Source of the DNA: Rhodoferax sp.
GTDB taxonomy: Bacteria; Pseudomonadota; Gammaproteobacteria; Burkholderiales; Burkholderiaceae_C
Length of the DNA: 29,025 nt
Direction: 5' to 3'
Assembly: GCA_031410295.1 (NCBI GenBank)
Contig: JANNYX010000075.1
Span: 1-29,025 of the forward strand
Shown here: piece by piece, positions 1 through 8,339 of the stretch
Position numbering within the stretch: the first letter of the stretch is position 1
How the letters are laid out: every line of letters starts with the position of its first letter
Notes under the pieces: generated by a model
Database searches by the model: none
The model's input: only the letters and a program-made list of their open reading frames with translations
What the model was told of the DNA's origin: nothing
Made by a program: the position numbers and the translations under genes

Positions 1-101
1 CCGGTGATGAAGGGCGCTTCGCGGTGACTGGAGGCGATGGCGCCGCCAGCGGCCACCATTAACAGACACGCTTTGGCGAGTTGGGTGAATTGGGTTTTCA
101 T
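1..101 (-). CDS. DUF4331-family secreted protein, 5' end only (runs off the window)
   Basis: Not in the ORF track. Manual translation from ATG 101-99 gives MKTQFTQLAKACLLMVAAGGAIASSHREAPFIT: a signal peptide followed by SSHREAP, the N-terminal hallmark of DUF4331 proteins. GGAG RBS lies upstream. Confidence 0.8.
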   Translation of the reverse strand, partial: MKTQFTQLAKACLLMVAAGGAIASSHREAPFIT

Positions 102-140
102 GATTGAACTCCGAGTTACTTTAAATGAGTGAAAAAAGAA

Positions 141-185
141 GGGTTGACAGAAGAAAGCTTGACTAAAGTTGGTTTGACCCAAGTA
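141..185. repeat. Three tandem imperfect 15-bp units with core TTGACnnAAG
   Basis: TTGAC at 144, 159 and 174, each followed 2 nt later by AAG (gggTTGACagAAGaa / agcTTGACtaAAGtt / ggtTTGACccAAGta). Confidence 0.6.
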
Positions 186-192
186 GGCTGGA

Positions 193-753
193 TCAAGCCG
201 GCCGCCAGAAGATATAGTCCGCCTGGTATTTCACGACTTGTTTTTGTCCTGCAGTTGATGCGGCGCAAGCCATCGCAGGCGCAACCCCGCCTTGGGTGGC
301 GACGCGCTGGATGTAGGTCACCCCTTGCATGGCGCCAGTACCCACCGCAGGGTTGGCTTTAACCAGTTGCAGTGGAATATTGCCTGTGCCGGCAGGAGAA
401 ACGGCCAGTTGCGCCCCCGTGATCTTCGAACCGTCCTTGTTTTCCCAGGTCGCTGGCGGGCCAAAATAGCGTCCGATTTGAGCGCCATTGCGGTCCATCA
501 ATTTGGCGTCCGGGCCAACAAAGACCCATTCAAACTGATCAGCCATGTCTTTCTTGGCGCGGCATTCATAAGTGATGTCGCCAGCACCTACTGTTTCCAT
601 GGCCACGGCGTGGCCACTGGGTACCTTCACGCTGTCAGGCAAACTCGCTTGGGAATACATCGGCATCGGCGCATTGCCCATGCCGGCGCAGGCGGTCAGA
701 CCGACTGCTGCGAGCACCGCAGCGCAGCGGCGGGTGGCAGAATGTACTTTCAT
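193..753 (-). CDS. DUF3455-family lipoprotein
   Basis: Start moved to ATG 753 (AAGGAG RBS). Lipobox LTAC. Motifs GxGDITYEC, W.FVGP.A.L, GRYFGPPATW...DGSKI, IPLQL and YIQRVATQGG.AP...C...Y.ADY.F are typical of DUF3455. Confidence 0.75.
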   Translation of the reverse strand: MKVHSATRRCAAVLAAVGLTACAGMGNAPMPMYSQASLPDSVKVPSGHAVAMETVGAGDITYECRAKKDMADQFEWVFVGPDAKLMDRNGAQIGRYFGPPATWENKDGSKITGAQLAVSPAGTGNIPLQLVKANPAVGTGAMQGVTYIQRVATQGGVAPAMACAASTAGQKQVVKYQADYIFWRPA

Positions 754-830
754 TTGACTCTCCTTGAAGTGGAACATGTAGAGGTGAATTGGTCAGGTCG
801 GCAGACCAGAAAATCTGCCAACGGTTCTAA

Positions 831-858
831 TACGCAGGTCAGGGACCCACTGGATTCA
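831..858 (-). promoter_or_regulatory. Putative ECF-sigma promoter for the DUF3455-DUF4331 genes
   Basis: Minus strand reads TGAATCCA-GTGGGTCCCTGACCTG-CGTA (TGAATCC-N17-CGTA), the same boxes as the copy upstream of the sigma gene. Confidence 0.65.
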
Positions 859-964
859 GGTTTTTGTTAAATCTTTTTTTGAACTCCTTCCGCCTCAAAA
901 TCCGAGTAACGGCAAGTTTCCGAGTGTTTCGGCGAGGCTGGGAGCGGATGACAACACCGGTTTG

Positions 965-982
965 CGTAGGAAATCTCCTAGC
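965..982. promoter_or_regulatory. Imperfect YGTMRG-N6-CYKACR palindrome
   Basis: CGTAGG-AAATCT-CCTAGC. Confidence 0.4.
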
Positions 983-987
983 CTGGT

Positions 988-1014
988 TGAATCCAACGGC
1001 CCACAATTTGCGTA
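988..1014 (+). promoter_or_regulatory. Putative autoregulatory ECF-sigma promoter
   Basis: TGAATCCA-ACGGCCCACAATTTG-CGTA (TGAATCC-N16-CGTA), 30 nt upstream of the ECF start. ECF operons are commonly autoregulated. Confidence 0.65.
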
Positions 1015-1044
1015 GTCAATACATCCATCGAAGACAATCAAAGC

Positions 1045-1620
1045 ATGAACTCCGAAACCACCGACACTGAGCTGATCACGCTTTTGGATCGCGTTGCCAA
1101 CAAAGACCACCTGGCGCTCAAGGCGCTGTATGACTGCTGCTCGGCGCAGCTTTACGGACTCGCGCTTCGGGTTGTCAGCAACCGCGAATGGGCAGAAGAT
1201 GTATTGCAGGACGCCACCCTCAACATCTGGCGCGCGGCAGGGGATTACCGTGCATCCTTGAGTCCCCCCATGGCCTGGATGGGCTTGATCGTGCGCAGCC
1301 GGGCCCTTGATTTTTTGCGGCGGCGCAAGGCTGAAGGCAGCCAGGTGACCCAGGAACTCGACGACACCTTGGCGCAGACCTTGCCAGGCGACGCGCCCAA
1401 TCCAATGGACAAGGCGCTGGCCAGTGAGCAAGCCTGGGCGCTGCACCAATGCCTGGGCCAACTTGACCATGGGCCCCGCGAGGTGGTGAGCCTGGCCTAC
1501 ATCCGCGATCTCAGCCACAACGACCTGGCGCGACAGCTCAGGTTGCCGCTGGGAACCGTGAAGACCTGGATCCGGCGCGGCCTGGAACAACTGCGACTGT
1601 GCATGGCGCGTTTTGCCTGA
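1045..1620 (+). CDS. ECF RNA polymerase sigma factor (SigK-like)
   Basis: 191 aa. Region 2 (LYGLALRVVSNREWAEDVLQDATLNIW...WMGLIVRSRALDFLR) and region 4 HTH (LSHNDLARQLRLPLGTVKTWIRRGL). Confidence 0.92.
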   Translation: MNSETTDTELITLLDRVANKDHLALKALYDCCSAQLYGLALRVVSNREWAEDVLQDATLNIWRAAGDYRASLSPPMAWMGLIVRSRALDFLRRRKAEGSQVTQELDDTLAQTLPGDAPNPMDKALASEQAWALHQCLGQLDHGPREVVSLAYIRDLSHNDLARQLRLPLGTVKTWIRRGLEQLRLCMARFA

Positions 1621-1631
1621 GGATTGACCGC

Positions 1632-2426
1632 GTGAATTTGTCCCATACGCCTGAACTACTTGACCGCCTGGCCGGTGCCTATGCCCTGGGCACCCTGCGC
1701 GGCGGCGCACGTCGCCGTTTTGAGGTGCTGGCGCGCGAAAGCGCGGTGGTGCGTGCGGCAGCGCTGATTTGGCAAGCGCGCATCGCCGGCCTGAACGAAC
1801 TACAACCCGCGGCCCTGCCGCCGCCCGCGGTTTGGACCCGCATTGACAACTTGATCAAGGGTGAAACCGGCGCCCAGGCGATGCAGGACGCGCGCCTTGC
1901 CGCCGCTGCTTCCCGCGCGCCCGCCCAAGGGCTGGGTGGGTGGTTGCAAAGTTTGCCGTTGTGGCGGGGCGCCGCAATCGCTGGCGCATTCGCAACGGTT
2001 GCGGCGGTGTCGGTCGGATTGAACTTGCGAGGCCAGATGGGCAACGAGATTCAGCAACTTCAGGCCAAATTGCTGGCCACACCCCAAATCGAATACGTGG
2101 CGGTGCTGGCTGACGACAAATTGGCCGCCTCCATGCTGGTGACCTTTGATCCTAAAAACAGGCGGCTCACGCTGCAACGCGTAGGCGCCTACCAGGAAGC
2201 CAACGACCGTTCCCTGCAGCTGTGGGCGCTGCCACCCGCCGGCGGGCCGAAGTCGTTGGGCGTGTTGGGTGGCGACAGGGTATTGCGCCTGACTGCTGCC
2301 GAAGGCGACGTGAAAGAGGTTCCGGCCCTGGCCATCAGCCTGGAACCCAAGGGCGGCGTGCCCAGCGCAGGCGGGCCGACCGGACCGGTGCTCTTCAAGG
2401 GCGCCTTGATTCAAAAGCTGCTGTGA
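1632..2426 (+). CDS. Anti-sigma factor, RskA-like
   Basis: GTG start with GAGG RBS, 11 nt after the sigma stop. N-terminal [10 protein letters not shown]...P..PP.VW.RI, one TM helix, and a C-terminal RskA-type domain (LQLWALP...P.SLG.L; [11 protein letters not shown]...PTGPV). Confidence 0.85.
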   Translation: MNLSHTPELLDRLAGAYALGTLRGGARRRFEVLARESAVVRAAALIWQARIAGLNELQPAALPPPAVWTRIDNLIKGETGAQAMQDARLAAAASRAPAQGLGGWLQSLPLWRGAAIAGAFATVAAVSVGLNLRGQMGNEIQQLQAKLLATPQIEYVAVLADDKLAASMLVTFDPKNRRLTLQRVGAYQEANDRSLQLWALPPAGGPKSLGVLGGDRVLRLTAAEGDVKEVPALAISLEPKGGVPSAGGPTGPVLFKGALIQKLL

Positions 2427-2502
2427 GGGGCGGCTTGGGGCGCATCGCGTCTGCGCGAATGGTGAATCTATAAAATTCGCTCTTCAACAAAAAATAACGC
2501 CC

Positions 2503-3342
2503 ATGCGCCTCACCCAAGCACCGGTCCGCTCCCAATACGAAGACTTCATGCGCCACGTGTACACCACCGGCGCGCAAAAATCCGACCGCACCGGCACCGG
2601 CACGAAAAGCGTTTTCGGCTACCAGATGCGCTTTGATTTGACCGAGGGATTCCCGTTGGTGACCACCAAAAAGGTGTTCGTCAAGGCCATCGTGCAGGAG
2701 TTGTTGTGGTTCCTCAGCGGCTCGTCCAACAACAACTGGCTCAACCAGCGCGGCGTCACCATCTGGGACGAGTGGGCCAAGCCCGATGGCGATCTGGGCC
2801 CGGTGTACGGGGTCCAATGGCGCAGCTGGCCGACCCCTGATGGCGGCCACATCGACCAGATCAGCGAGGTCGTGCAAACATTGAAAACCAACCCCGATTC
2901 GCGCCGCATGATCGTGAGTGCCTGGAACGTTTCGGAGCTCTCCAAAATGGCGCTGATGCCCTGCCATGCCTTCTTCCAGTTTTATGTGGCGCCTGCCGCC
3001 CTGCCTGGCAGCAAAGGCAAGCTTAGTTGCCAGCTGTACCAGCGCAGCGCCGACATTTTCCTGGGCGTGCCCTTCAATATCGCCAGTTACGCCCTGCTCA
3101 CCCACATGCTGGCGCAACAGTGTGACCTGGACGTGGGCGATTTCATCTGGACCGGCGGCGACTGCCACATTTACAGCAACCATCACGAACAGGTCGAGCT
3201 GCAACTGAGCCGCAGCCCATTCGCCTACCCCACGCTCAACATCAAACGACGCCCGGCCTCAATGTTTGACTATGTGTTTGAAGACTTTGAGATCGTGGAT
3301 TATTTGAGCCACGGCGCCATCAAGGCCCCGGTGGCGGTTTGA
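2503..3342 (+). CDS. thyA: Thymidylate synthase
   Basis: [38 protein letters not shown] (catalytic Cys), [27 protein letters not shown]. Confidence 0.98.
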   Translation: MRLTQAPVRSQYEDFMRHVYTTGAQKSDRTGTGTKSVFGYQMRFDLTEGFPLVTTKKVFVKAIVQELLWFLSGSSNNNWLNQRGVTIWDEWAKPDGDLGPVYGVQWRSWPTPDGGHIDQISEVVQTLKTNPDSRRMIVSAWNVSELSKMALMPCHAFFQFYVAPAALPGSKGKLSCQLYQRSADIFLGVPFNIASYALLTHMLAQQCDLDVGDFIWTGGDCHIYSNHHEQVELQLSRSPFAYPTLNIKRRPASMFDYVFEDFEIVDYLSHGAIKAPVAV

Positions 3343-3353
3343 CCGGCGCACCG

Positions 3354-3899
3354 ATGCAGTTACACCTGATCTGGGCCCAGGCCCGCAACCGCGCCATTGG
3401 ATTGAACGGCGCCCTGCCCTGGCGCCTGCCCGAAGACATGGCGCATTTCAAACTCAAAACAGCGGGCTGCCCGGTGATCATGGGGCGCAAAACCTGGCAG
3501 TCCCTGCCAGCAAAATTCAAACCCTTGCCGGGACGGCGCAATATTGTGCTCACCCGCTCCGAGGTATGGCATGAACACGGCGCAGAGCGGTCCAGAACAT
3601 TGCAGGTTGCGCTACTTAAATGCGAGCATTCGACTGACGTTTGGGTGATCGGTGGCGCCGAAATTTACGCGCAAGCCCTGCCTTTGGCACAGACCGCGGA
3701 AGTCACCGAAATTGATGCCGATTTCGCCGCCGACGCCTTTGCGCCGCCATTGGGTCCGAACTGGGTCAAGACCGCCGGCGCGCCCCAGGTTTCGGCCAAC
3801 GGTTTGAAATTTTCATTCAATACTTACCGTCAATTGCGCAGCGGCACATTGCCACCCGGGCGTGTGGCATCTGAAAGCATACAAGCAAATCAGCAGTAG
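3354..3899 (+). CDS. folA: Dihydrofolate reductase
   Basis: IG.NG.LPW.LPEDMAHFK, VIMGRKTW.SL, PLPGRRNIVL, VIGGAEIY, AD.FAP. Follows thyA. ATG at 3354 preferred over TTG 3339. Confidence 0.95.
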   Translation: MQLHLIWAQARNRAIGLNGALPWRLPEDMAHFKLKTAGCPVIMGRKTWQSLPAKFKPLPGRRNIVLTRSEVWHEHGAERSRTLQVALLKCEHSTDVWVIGGAEIYAQALPLAQTAEVTEIDADFAADAFAPPLGPNWVKTAGAPQVSANGLKFSFNTYRQLRSGTLPPGRVASESIQANQQ

Positions 3900-3941
3900 G
3901 CCGTCATATAATATAGCTTTATAGCTATCTTTAATATAGCA
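3893..3941 (-). repeat. AT-rich ~49-bp dispersed element, copy A
   Basis: Minus strand TGCTATATTAAAGATAGC-TATAAAGCTATATTATAT-GACGGCCTACTGC. Aligns with the copies at 17385 and 23517. Confidence 0.7.
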
Positions 3942-4138
3942 ATGTTGTTTTGCGCACAGACTTATCCATGGGGTAAAAATCAAATCATGCATGTCTTGTT
4001 GAAACCAAGCAGCCAAGTGTTTGGTTTGAGCTCGCAACTTCACCCAATGGGCAGCGAAAATTCTTTGGCGCAAAACGCCGTGACGGCGTCAACAACAAAC
4101 GCGGTGGCGCCCGTCATCAGATCGATTGGAGTTTGACC

Positions 4139-5494
4139 ATGGGATTTTTCTCGATCCGCAAGAGCAGTTGGATCACCTTCTCCCTGGCTTGTGTGATGAT
4201 TTTGGTGTTGCTGTTTTTCAACGAAGTGGCGTATAGGCAAGCCTTCAAGACCTTGAACCGCCTGGGCGAAATGGCCCTGGCACGGACCAACCTTCAGGAA
4301 TTGACCCGCAGCATTGTTGACGCCGAAACCGGGCAACGGGGTTACCTGGTCACCGGGCGAAGAGATTACCGGGAACCCTACGACAACGCGCTAAAAAAAA
4401 TCGGGGAAACCTTCGCATCCATAAGCGGGCATTACCAAACTGACCCGCCCGCACGTGAGATTCTGGACAAGCTTCGCCTGGCCTCCGATATCCGGCTCTC
4501 CGAGCTGGCGTTGACGATTGAACGCTTCGACAACGGCAACGCGGATGCCGCACGGGAGATCGTGCTGTCTGACATCGGCAAAGAGCAGATGGAAACCATT
4601 CGGCGTTTGAGCCGGGTGTTGCTGGACTACGAAACACGAAAAGTTGCTGGCGGTCGGGCCGAGGTTTACCAACTGTTGGACGCCGACCGCATCGGTGTCG
4701 CGGTGTTTGGCCTGCTCAGCCTCATCGGTCTTTTCATGTACCTGCGCCAGAACTTCGCGCTTTGGACCAAACAGCAGGAGCTGCTCAATGCAGTGCAGGT
4801 CGAACGCAACCGCCTGGAGGTGGAAGTGATCAACCGCACAGCCCAACTCACCGAGCTGGCGGATCACCTGCAGAACGCCCGGGAAGACGAACGCCATCGG
4901 CTGGCACGAAACCTGCACGACGACCTGGGCGCGTTGTTGACGTCGGTCAAGCTTGACGCGGCCCGCATCCGATCACGGCTGCTCACCTCGTCACCACAAA
5001 GCCTGGAGCTCCTGCAACACATGGTGGCATCGGTGAACGACGCCATTGCGCTGGGCCGGCGCATCATCGAGGATCTGCGGCCATCCGCCCTGAGCAATTT
5101 GGGACTGGCACATACGCTTGAAATTCTGGCACAGGAATTCAGCCAGCAGTCCGGCATCAAAACCCACCAGTCGTTTGAACCCACAAAATTGTCAAGCAAC
5201 GCAGAGCTTGTGGTTTATCGGTTGGTGCAAGAAGCCATCACCAATATCAACAAATACGCGAAGGCGTCAAACGTCTGGATCGACCTTCGTCAACATGATG
5301 AGCATGTCGAGGTGGTGGTTCGCGACGATGGCGTTGGATTTGAGATGGGAACAAGTCCCGACTCCGCATTCGGGCTGGTTGGCATGCATTACCGCGTTGC
5401 TGCCGAAGGGGGCCGCCTGTCGGTGGTATCGGCTCCCGGTAGAGGCACCAAAATTCATGCGACGCTGCCGGCGTCGACCAATCTTCCACCCTAG
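4139..5494 (+). CDS. CHASE3-domain sensor histidine kinase (HisKA_3/NarX-type)
   Basis: ATG 4139 with GGAG RBS. Two TM segments flank CHASE3 (DAETGQRGYLVTG...Y.EPY). H-box ARNLHDDLGALLT, N-box EAITNINKYA, G boxes DDGVGF and FGLVGM..R...GG. Confidence 0.92.
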   Translation: MGFFSIRKSSWITFSLACVMILVLLFFNEVAYRQAFKTLNRLGEMALARTNLQELTRSIVDAETGQRGYLVTGRRDYREPYDNALKKIGETFASISGHYQTDPPAREILDKLRLASDIRLSELALTIERFDNGNADAAREIVLSDIGKEQMETIRRLSRVLLDYETRKVAGGRAEVYQLLDADRIGVAVFGLLSLIGLFMYLRQNFALWTKQQELLNAVQVERNRLEVEVINRTAQLTELADHLQNAREDERHRLARNLHDDLGALLTSVKLDAARIRSRLLTSSPQSLELLQHMVASVNDAIALGRRIIEDLRPSALSNLGLAHTLEILAQEFSQQSGIKTHQSFEPTKLSSNAELVVYRLVQEAITNINKYAKASNVWIDLRQHDEHVEVVVRDDGVGFEMGTSPDSAFGLVGMHYRVAAEGGRLSVVSAPGRGTKIHATLPASTNLPP

Positions 5495-5558
5495 AGGGAG
5501 GCGGATTGACGCTGTTTTGGCTCGGCCAGACGCGGATCGACGATCACGGCAACCAGTC

Positions 5559-6137
5559 TCATTTCTTGATGACCATCTCGTTGCTGACACCCGCCACGTT
5601 CTCCACCGACCGAGCAACCTCAATGGCGCGATCCATCTGCTTTTGGTCATTGACGAAACCGCTGAGCTGAACCTGCGCTTTACTGGTTGCCACTGAGATA
5701 TCGCCACTTTTGACAGCCGGGTCGTTAAGCAGCGCGGCCTTGACGCGCGTTGTGATGACTGCATCGTCTACGCCGGCGCCCAAACTCACCGGCGCCCCTT
5801 TGAGACTGAGGTTGTTCAAAACGCTTTTGACGCCCTGGACCCCTCGCGCCAACGAAACAGCGCGCTCGATCTGCGTCTGGTTCTGCGCGAATCCGCTCAA
5901 TTGCACTTCACCCTTGCGGGTTTCAACTTTGAGGTCGAAACTCTTGACGTCTGGATCGGCCAGCAACGCGGACTTGACACCCGCCGTAATCACTGTGTCG
6001 TCAATTTCAGTGCCGATGGTTGTTGCCACCACCGCGGCATTGGTACTTTCAGGAGGTTTGTTGCAAGCCACCATTGCCAGTGACACCAAGGACAACAAGC
6101 TGGCGGTGAGAAACCAATTCACTGGATAGGTAGTCAT
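5559..6137 (-). CDS. Tandem BON-domain (OsmY-like) lipoprotein
   Basis: Lipobox MVAC. Two BON repeats: DD.VIT..VK.ALL.DP.VKS....V.T.K..VQLSGF. Confidence 0.9.
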   Translation of the reverse strand: MTTYPVNWFLTASLLSLVSLAMVACNKPPESTNAAVVATTIGTEIDDTVITAGVKSALLADPDVKSFDLKVETRKGEVQLSGFAQNQTQIERAVSLARGVQGVKSVLNNLSLKGAPVSLGAGVDDAVITTRVKAALLNDPAVKSGDISVATSKAQVQLSGFVNDQKQMDRAIEVARSVENVAGVSNEMVIKK

Positions 6138-6281
6138 GAAAATTGAACTCCATTCAACAGGTTACGTAAGATCAAATTCAGGCCAATGGCGCCAATTTGC
6201 ACTGTGCGCTGGCGCACATACACGTGACCAAACTGCAGTTAATCTGCGAACTGGCATCAAATAAAGTCACGAAAGGCACAA

Positions 6282-6497
6282 ATGAACCCTACAAAGTTGA
6301 TTGGAATCATCCTCGTAATTGGCGGAATATTGGGTCTCTTATACGGGGGTTTCAGCTACACCAAAGAAACTACGGGACTGAAACTGGGCCCAATCGAACT
6401 CAAGGTACAGGAAAAAGAAAGGGTCAATGTTCCGTTGATCGTCAGCGCTGGCGGACTGGCCTTGGGCATATTCCTGCTTGCAGTTGGACGGAAGTAG
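6282..6497 (+). CDS. Small two-TM membrane protein (DUF3185-like)
   Basis: 71 aa, two hydrophobic helices flanking GGFSYTKET..LKLGPIELKV.EK..V. GAAAGG RBS. Confidence 0.7.
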   Translation: MNPTKLIGIILVIGGILGLLYGGFSYTKETTGLKLGPIELKVQEKERVNVPLIVSAGGLALGIFLLAVGRK

Positions 6498-6506
6498 CCG
6501 GCAATC

Positions 6507-6758
6507 ATGAATCACCCTGAGTCAGCTATCTTCACACCAGGTTATGGAAGCACCACCGCACACCGCTGCCCGCAATGTGACAAGACCTTGGTACGGACGC
6601 CACGCCGTCGCATTGATTTTCTGCTGAGCAAGTTCATACCTGTACACCGTTTTCGCTGTGAGCGGTTTTTATGCCAATGGCAGGGGAACATCCGGACTGA
6701 AAAGGCGCCGGCCATGAAACTTTCCAGCCGGTTGGACCAACCCTGGAAAGCCCCATAA
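6507..6758 (+). CDS. Small putative zinc-ribbon protein
   Basis: 83 aa, CPQC and C-x4-C knuckles separated by a basic stretch. 9 nt downstream of the previous gene. Confidence 0.5.
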   Translation: MNHPESAIFTPGYGSTTAHRCPQCDKTLVRTPRRRIDFLLSKFIPVHRFRCERFLCQWQGNIRTEKAPAMKLSSRLDQPWKAP

Positions 6759-6780
6759 ACAGCGCCAACTCACCGGAAAT

Positions 6781-7344
6781 TCAGTTTTTTCCGAACTTCG
6801 CCTTCGCGCTGGCTACACAACCGGATTTGGCATCGCCAGCCAGTGCATCACATTTTTCCGTGGCAACCTTGTAGTCTGCGTCCATTTTGTCCTGCGCCCC
6901 TTCCTTGCGTGTGTCGCTGATTTTTCCAGCCATTCTGGCATCCACCAGTGCTTTGGTCTCGACCGCTTTGGCTTCTTTTTTGCACACGGATTTAGGATTT
7001 CCGGCCAAATCGTCGCATTTCTCCTTGGCCACCTCATAAGCGGTTTTGGCCTTCGTTTCAGCCACTTTGACGCGGTCTCCTGGCTTCTCCGAATAACTGT
7101 ATTGCAGTTCCGCTCTGGCGACTTTTTCCTTGCCCTTGGCCTCTTCCATGCAGATGTCCTTGGCGTTGGCAGTCAGGGCCTTGCATTTGTCTTTGGCAGT
7201 TTTGTACTCGGAACTGATGCGATCCTTGCCCTGGTTAAAGTCGGCCTTGCTGATAGGCGCAGCAAACACTGGCGCAAATGCCAGAGGCAATGCCAGCAGG
7301 GCGCAGGCGATTATTGACCGATTGAGTTTGGTAAGGGTGTTCAT
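6781..7344 (-). CDS. Secreted Lys/Ala-rich helical protein with three CX10C repeats
   Basis: Signal peptide ending APVFA. Repeats KCKALTANAKDIC, KCDDLAGNPKSVC and KCDALAGDAKSGC. AAGGA RBS. Confidence 0.8.
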   Translation of the reverse strand: MNTLTKLNRSIIACALLALPLAFAPVFAAPISKADFNQGKDRISSEYKTAKDKCKALTANAKDICMEEAKGKEKVARAELQYSYSEKPGDRVKVAETKAKTAYEVAKEKCDDLAGNPKSVCKKEAKAVETKALVDARMAGKISDTRKEGAQDKMDADYKVATEKCDALAGDAKSGCVASAKAKFGKN

Positions 7345-7388
7345 ATATGTCCTTGAAGTTGAGGTAGGGTGGTGGTTGGGAGAAAGCG

Positions 7389-8231
7389 TCAGGCCCTGGG
7401 TTCACCCCGGCGGTTGACAACGATAGTTGGGCCAGGTGGCGTGGTCATTTGAATCTGGTGGTCGATGCCGCGGAACGTATAACCGACGTCCCACAAGTCC
7501 GCGCGCACCTGACCCGGAATATTTGCGCAGCGTTGCACGCTCTGAGTCGGCAACGGCTGGCCGGCACTATTGCGTCCCACCTGCGCGCCCAGGACACCAC
7601 CGGCAATCGCACCGCCGACGGTTGCCAAATCTTTGCCGCGGCCACCGCCCACCTGGTGGCCCAGGATGCCGCCGATAACAGAACCGACTACAGTTCCGGG
7701 AACATTTGAATTGTTTTGTTGTTGCGAGATCTGCTCCCGCTCCACCCAACAGCGTTGTTCGGGTGGCCCCACAACTGCACGCACGGAAGTGACATCGGCC
7801 TCAAACAGGCGTTCGTTGTTGCGCCTGCGATTGTCATAAACCGGTGAAGGTGCCGGTGCATACCGATAGTCTCCAACCTGCGCGTCGTTGCCAATCGGAC
7901 GGACCGAAGAAATACGGTCGTTGATGCCCATCGCAGTCAGCGACGGGTAGCGTCCCGGGCGCAGAACCCTGCATTGGCCGTCATGTTTTGCATGCTCACA
8001 CACTTCCCAGCGACGGCTCAGGACAATGACCGACGACGCGCGGTCGTTGAAGCCAGAGTCGCTGAAGTTTTCGACCCGTTGACCGGTACTGAAGGAGCGC
8101 CCCTCAAAATCGTCGTTTTCAAAAAAAGTCACCTGCGCGACAACTTGGCTGGAAAAGGCAAAGGCAAAAGCAACTCCGGCGATGGATCTTTTCAAGTTGG
8201 TTTTCACGGAATATGTGGAAGTGTTGGACAT
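7389..8231 (-). CDS. Beta/gamma-crystallin domain plus glycine-zipper (2TM) protein
   Basis: Signal peptide ending VVA-Q. Greek-key motifs VTFFEND.FEG...NDRASS and C...G.C..LRPG.Y......NDRISS. C-terminal GSVIGGILGHQVGGGRGKDLATVGGAIAGGVLG. Confidence 0.85.
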   Translation of the reverse strand: MSNTSTYSVKTNLKRSIAGVAFAFAFSSQVVAQVTFFENDDFEGRSFSTGQRVENFSDSGFNDRASSVIVLSRRWEVCEHAKHDGQCRVLRPGRYPSLTAMGINDRISSVRPIGNDAQVGDYRYAPAPSPVYDNRRRNNERLFEADVTSVRAVVGPPEQRCWVEREQISQQQNNSNVPGTVVGSVIGGILGHQVGGGRGKDLATVGGAIAGGVLGAQVGRNSAGQPLPTQSVQRCANIPGQVRADLWDVGYTFRGIDHQIQMTTPPGPTIVVNRRGEPRA

Positions 8232-8288
8232 GGCGTCTACTGTCCGGAAATCGAGGCTGCAGGAACAGCGGACCAGATCGCTAGGCGG

Positions 8289-8306
8289 CGTAGTAAATAT
8301 CCTACG
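8289..8306. promoter_or_regulatory. YGTMRG-N6-CYKACR palindrome
   Basis: CGTAGT-AAATAT-CCTACG in the divergent 8232-8420 spacer. Confidence 0.65.
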
Positions 8307-8321
8307 ATCACCACTGCCACA

Positions 8322-8339
8322 TGTAGGAGATTACTTACA
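8322..8339. promoter_or_regulatory. GacA/UvrY-box-like palindrome
   Basis: TGTAGG-AGATTA-CTTACA, one mismatch to TGTAAG-N6-CTTACA. Confidence 0.7.

Noticed and set aside
129-362. 77-aa plus-strand ORF with LTxxx periodicity
   Set aside because: The periodicity comes from the 15-bp repeat. The rest is antisense to DUF3455 and there is no RBS.
895-3204. Long minus-strand ORFs 895-1710, 1800-2414 and 2395-3204
   Set aside because: They lie antisense to the sigma, anti-sigma and thyA genes, which have clear family signatures.
3942-4136. 64-aa ORF between folA and the kinase
   Set aside because: It starts beside the AT-rich repeat, has no RBS and no recognisable composition. More likely promoter DNA.
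6287-6292. Isolated half-sites (CCTACA in the 6282 ORF, TTACGTAA at 6162, TGTCGG inside cls and the hydrolase)
   Set aside because: No partner arm at 6-nt spacing, and mostly within coding sequence.
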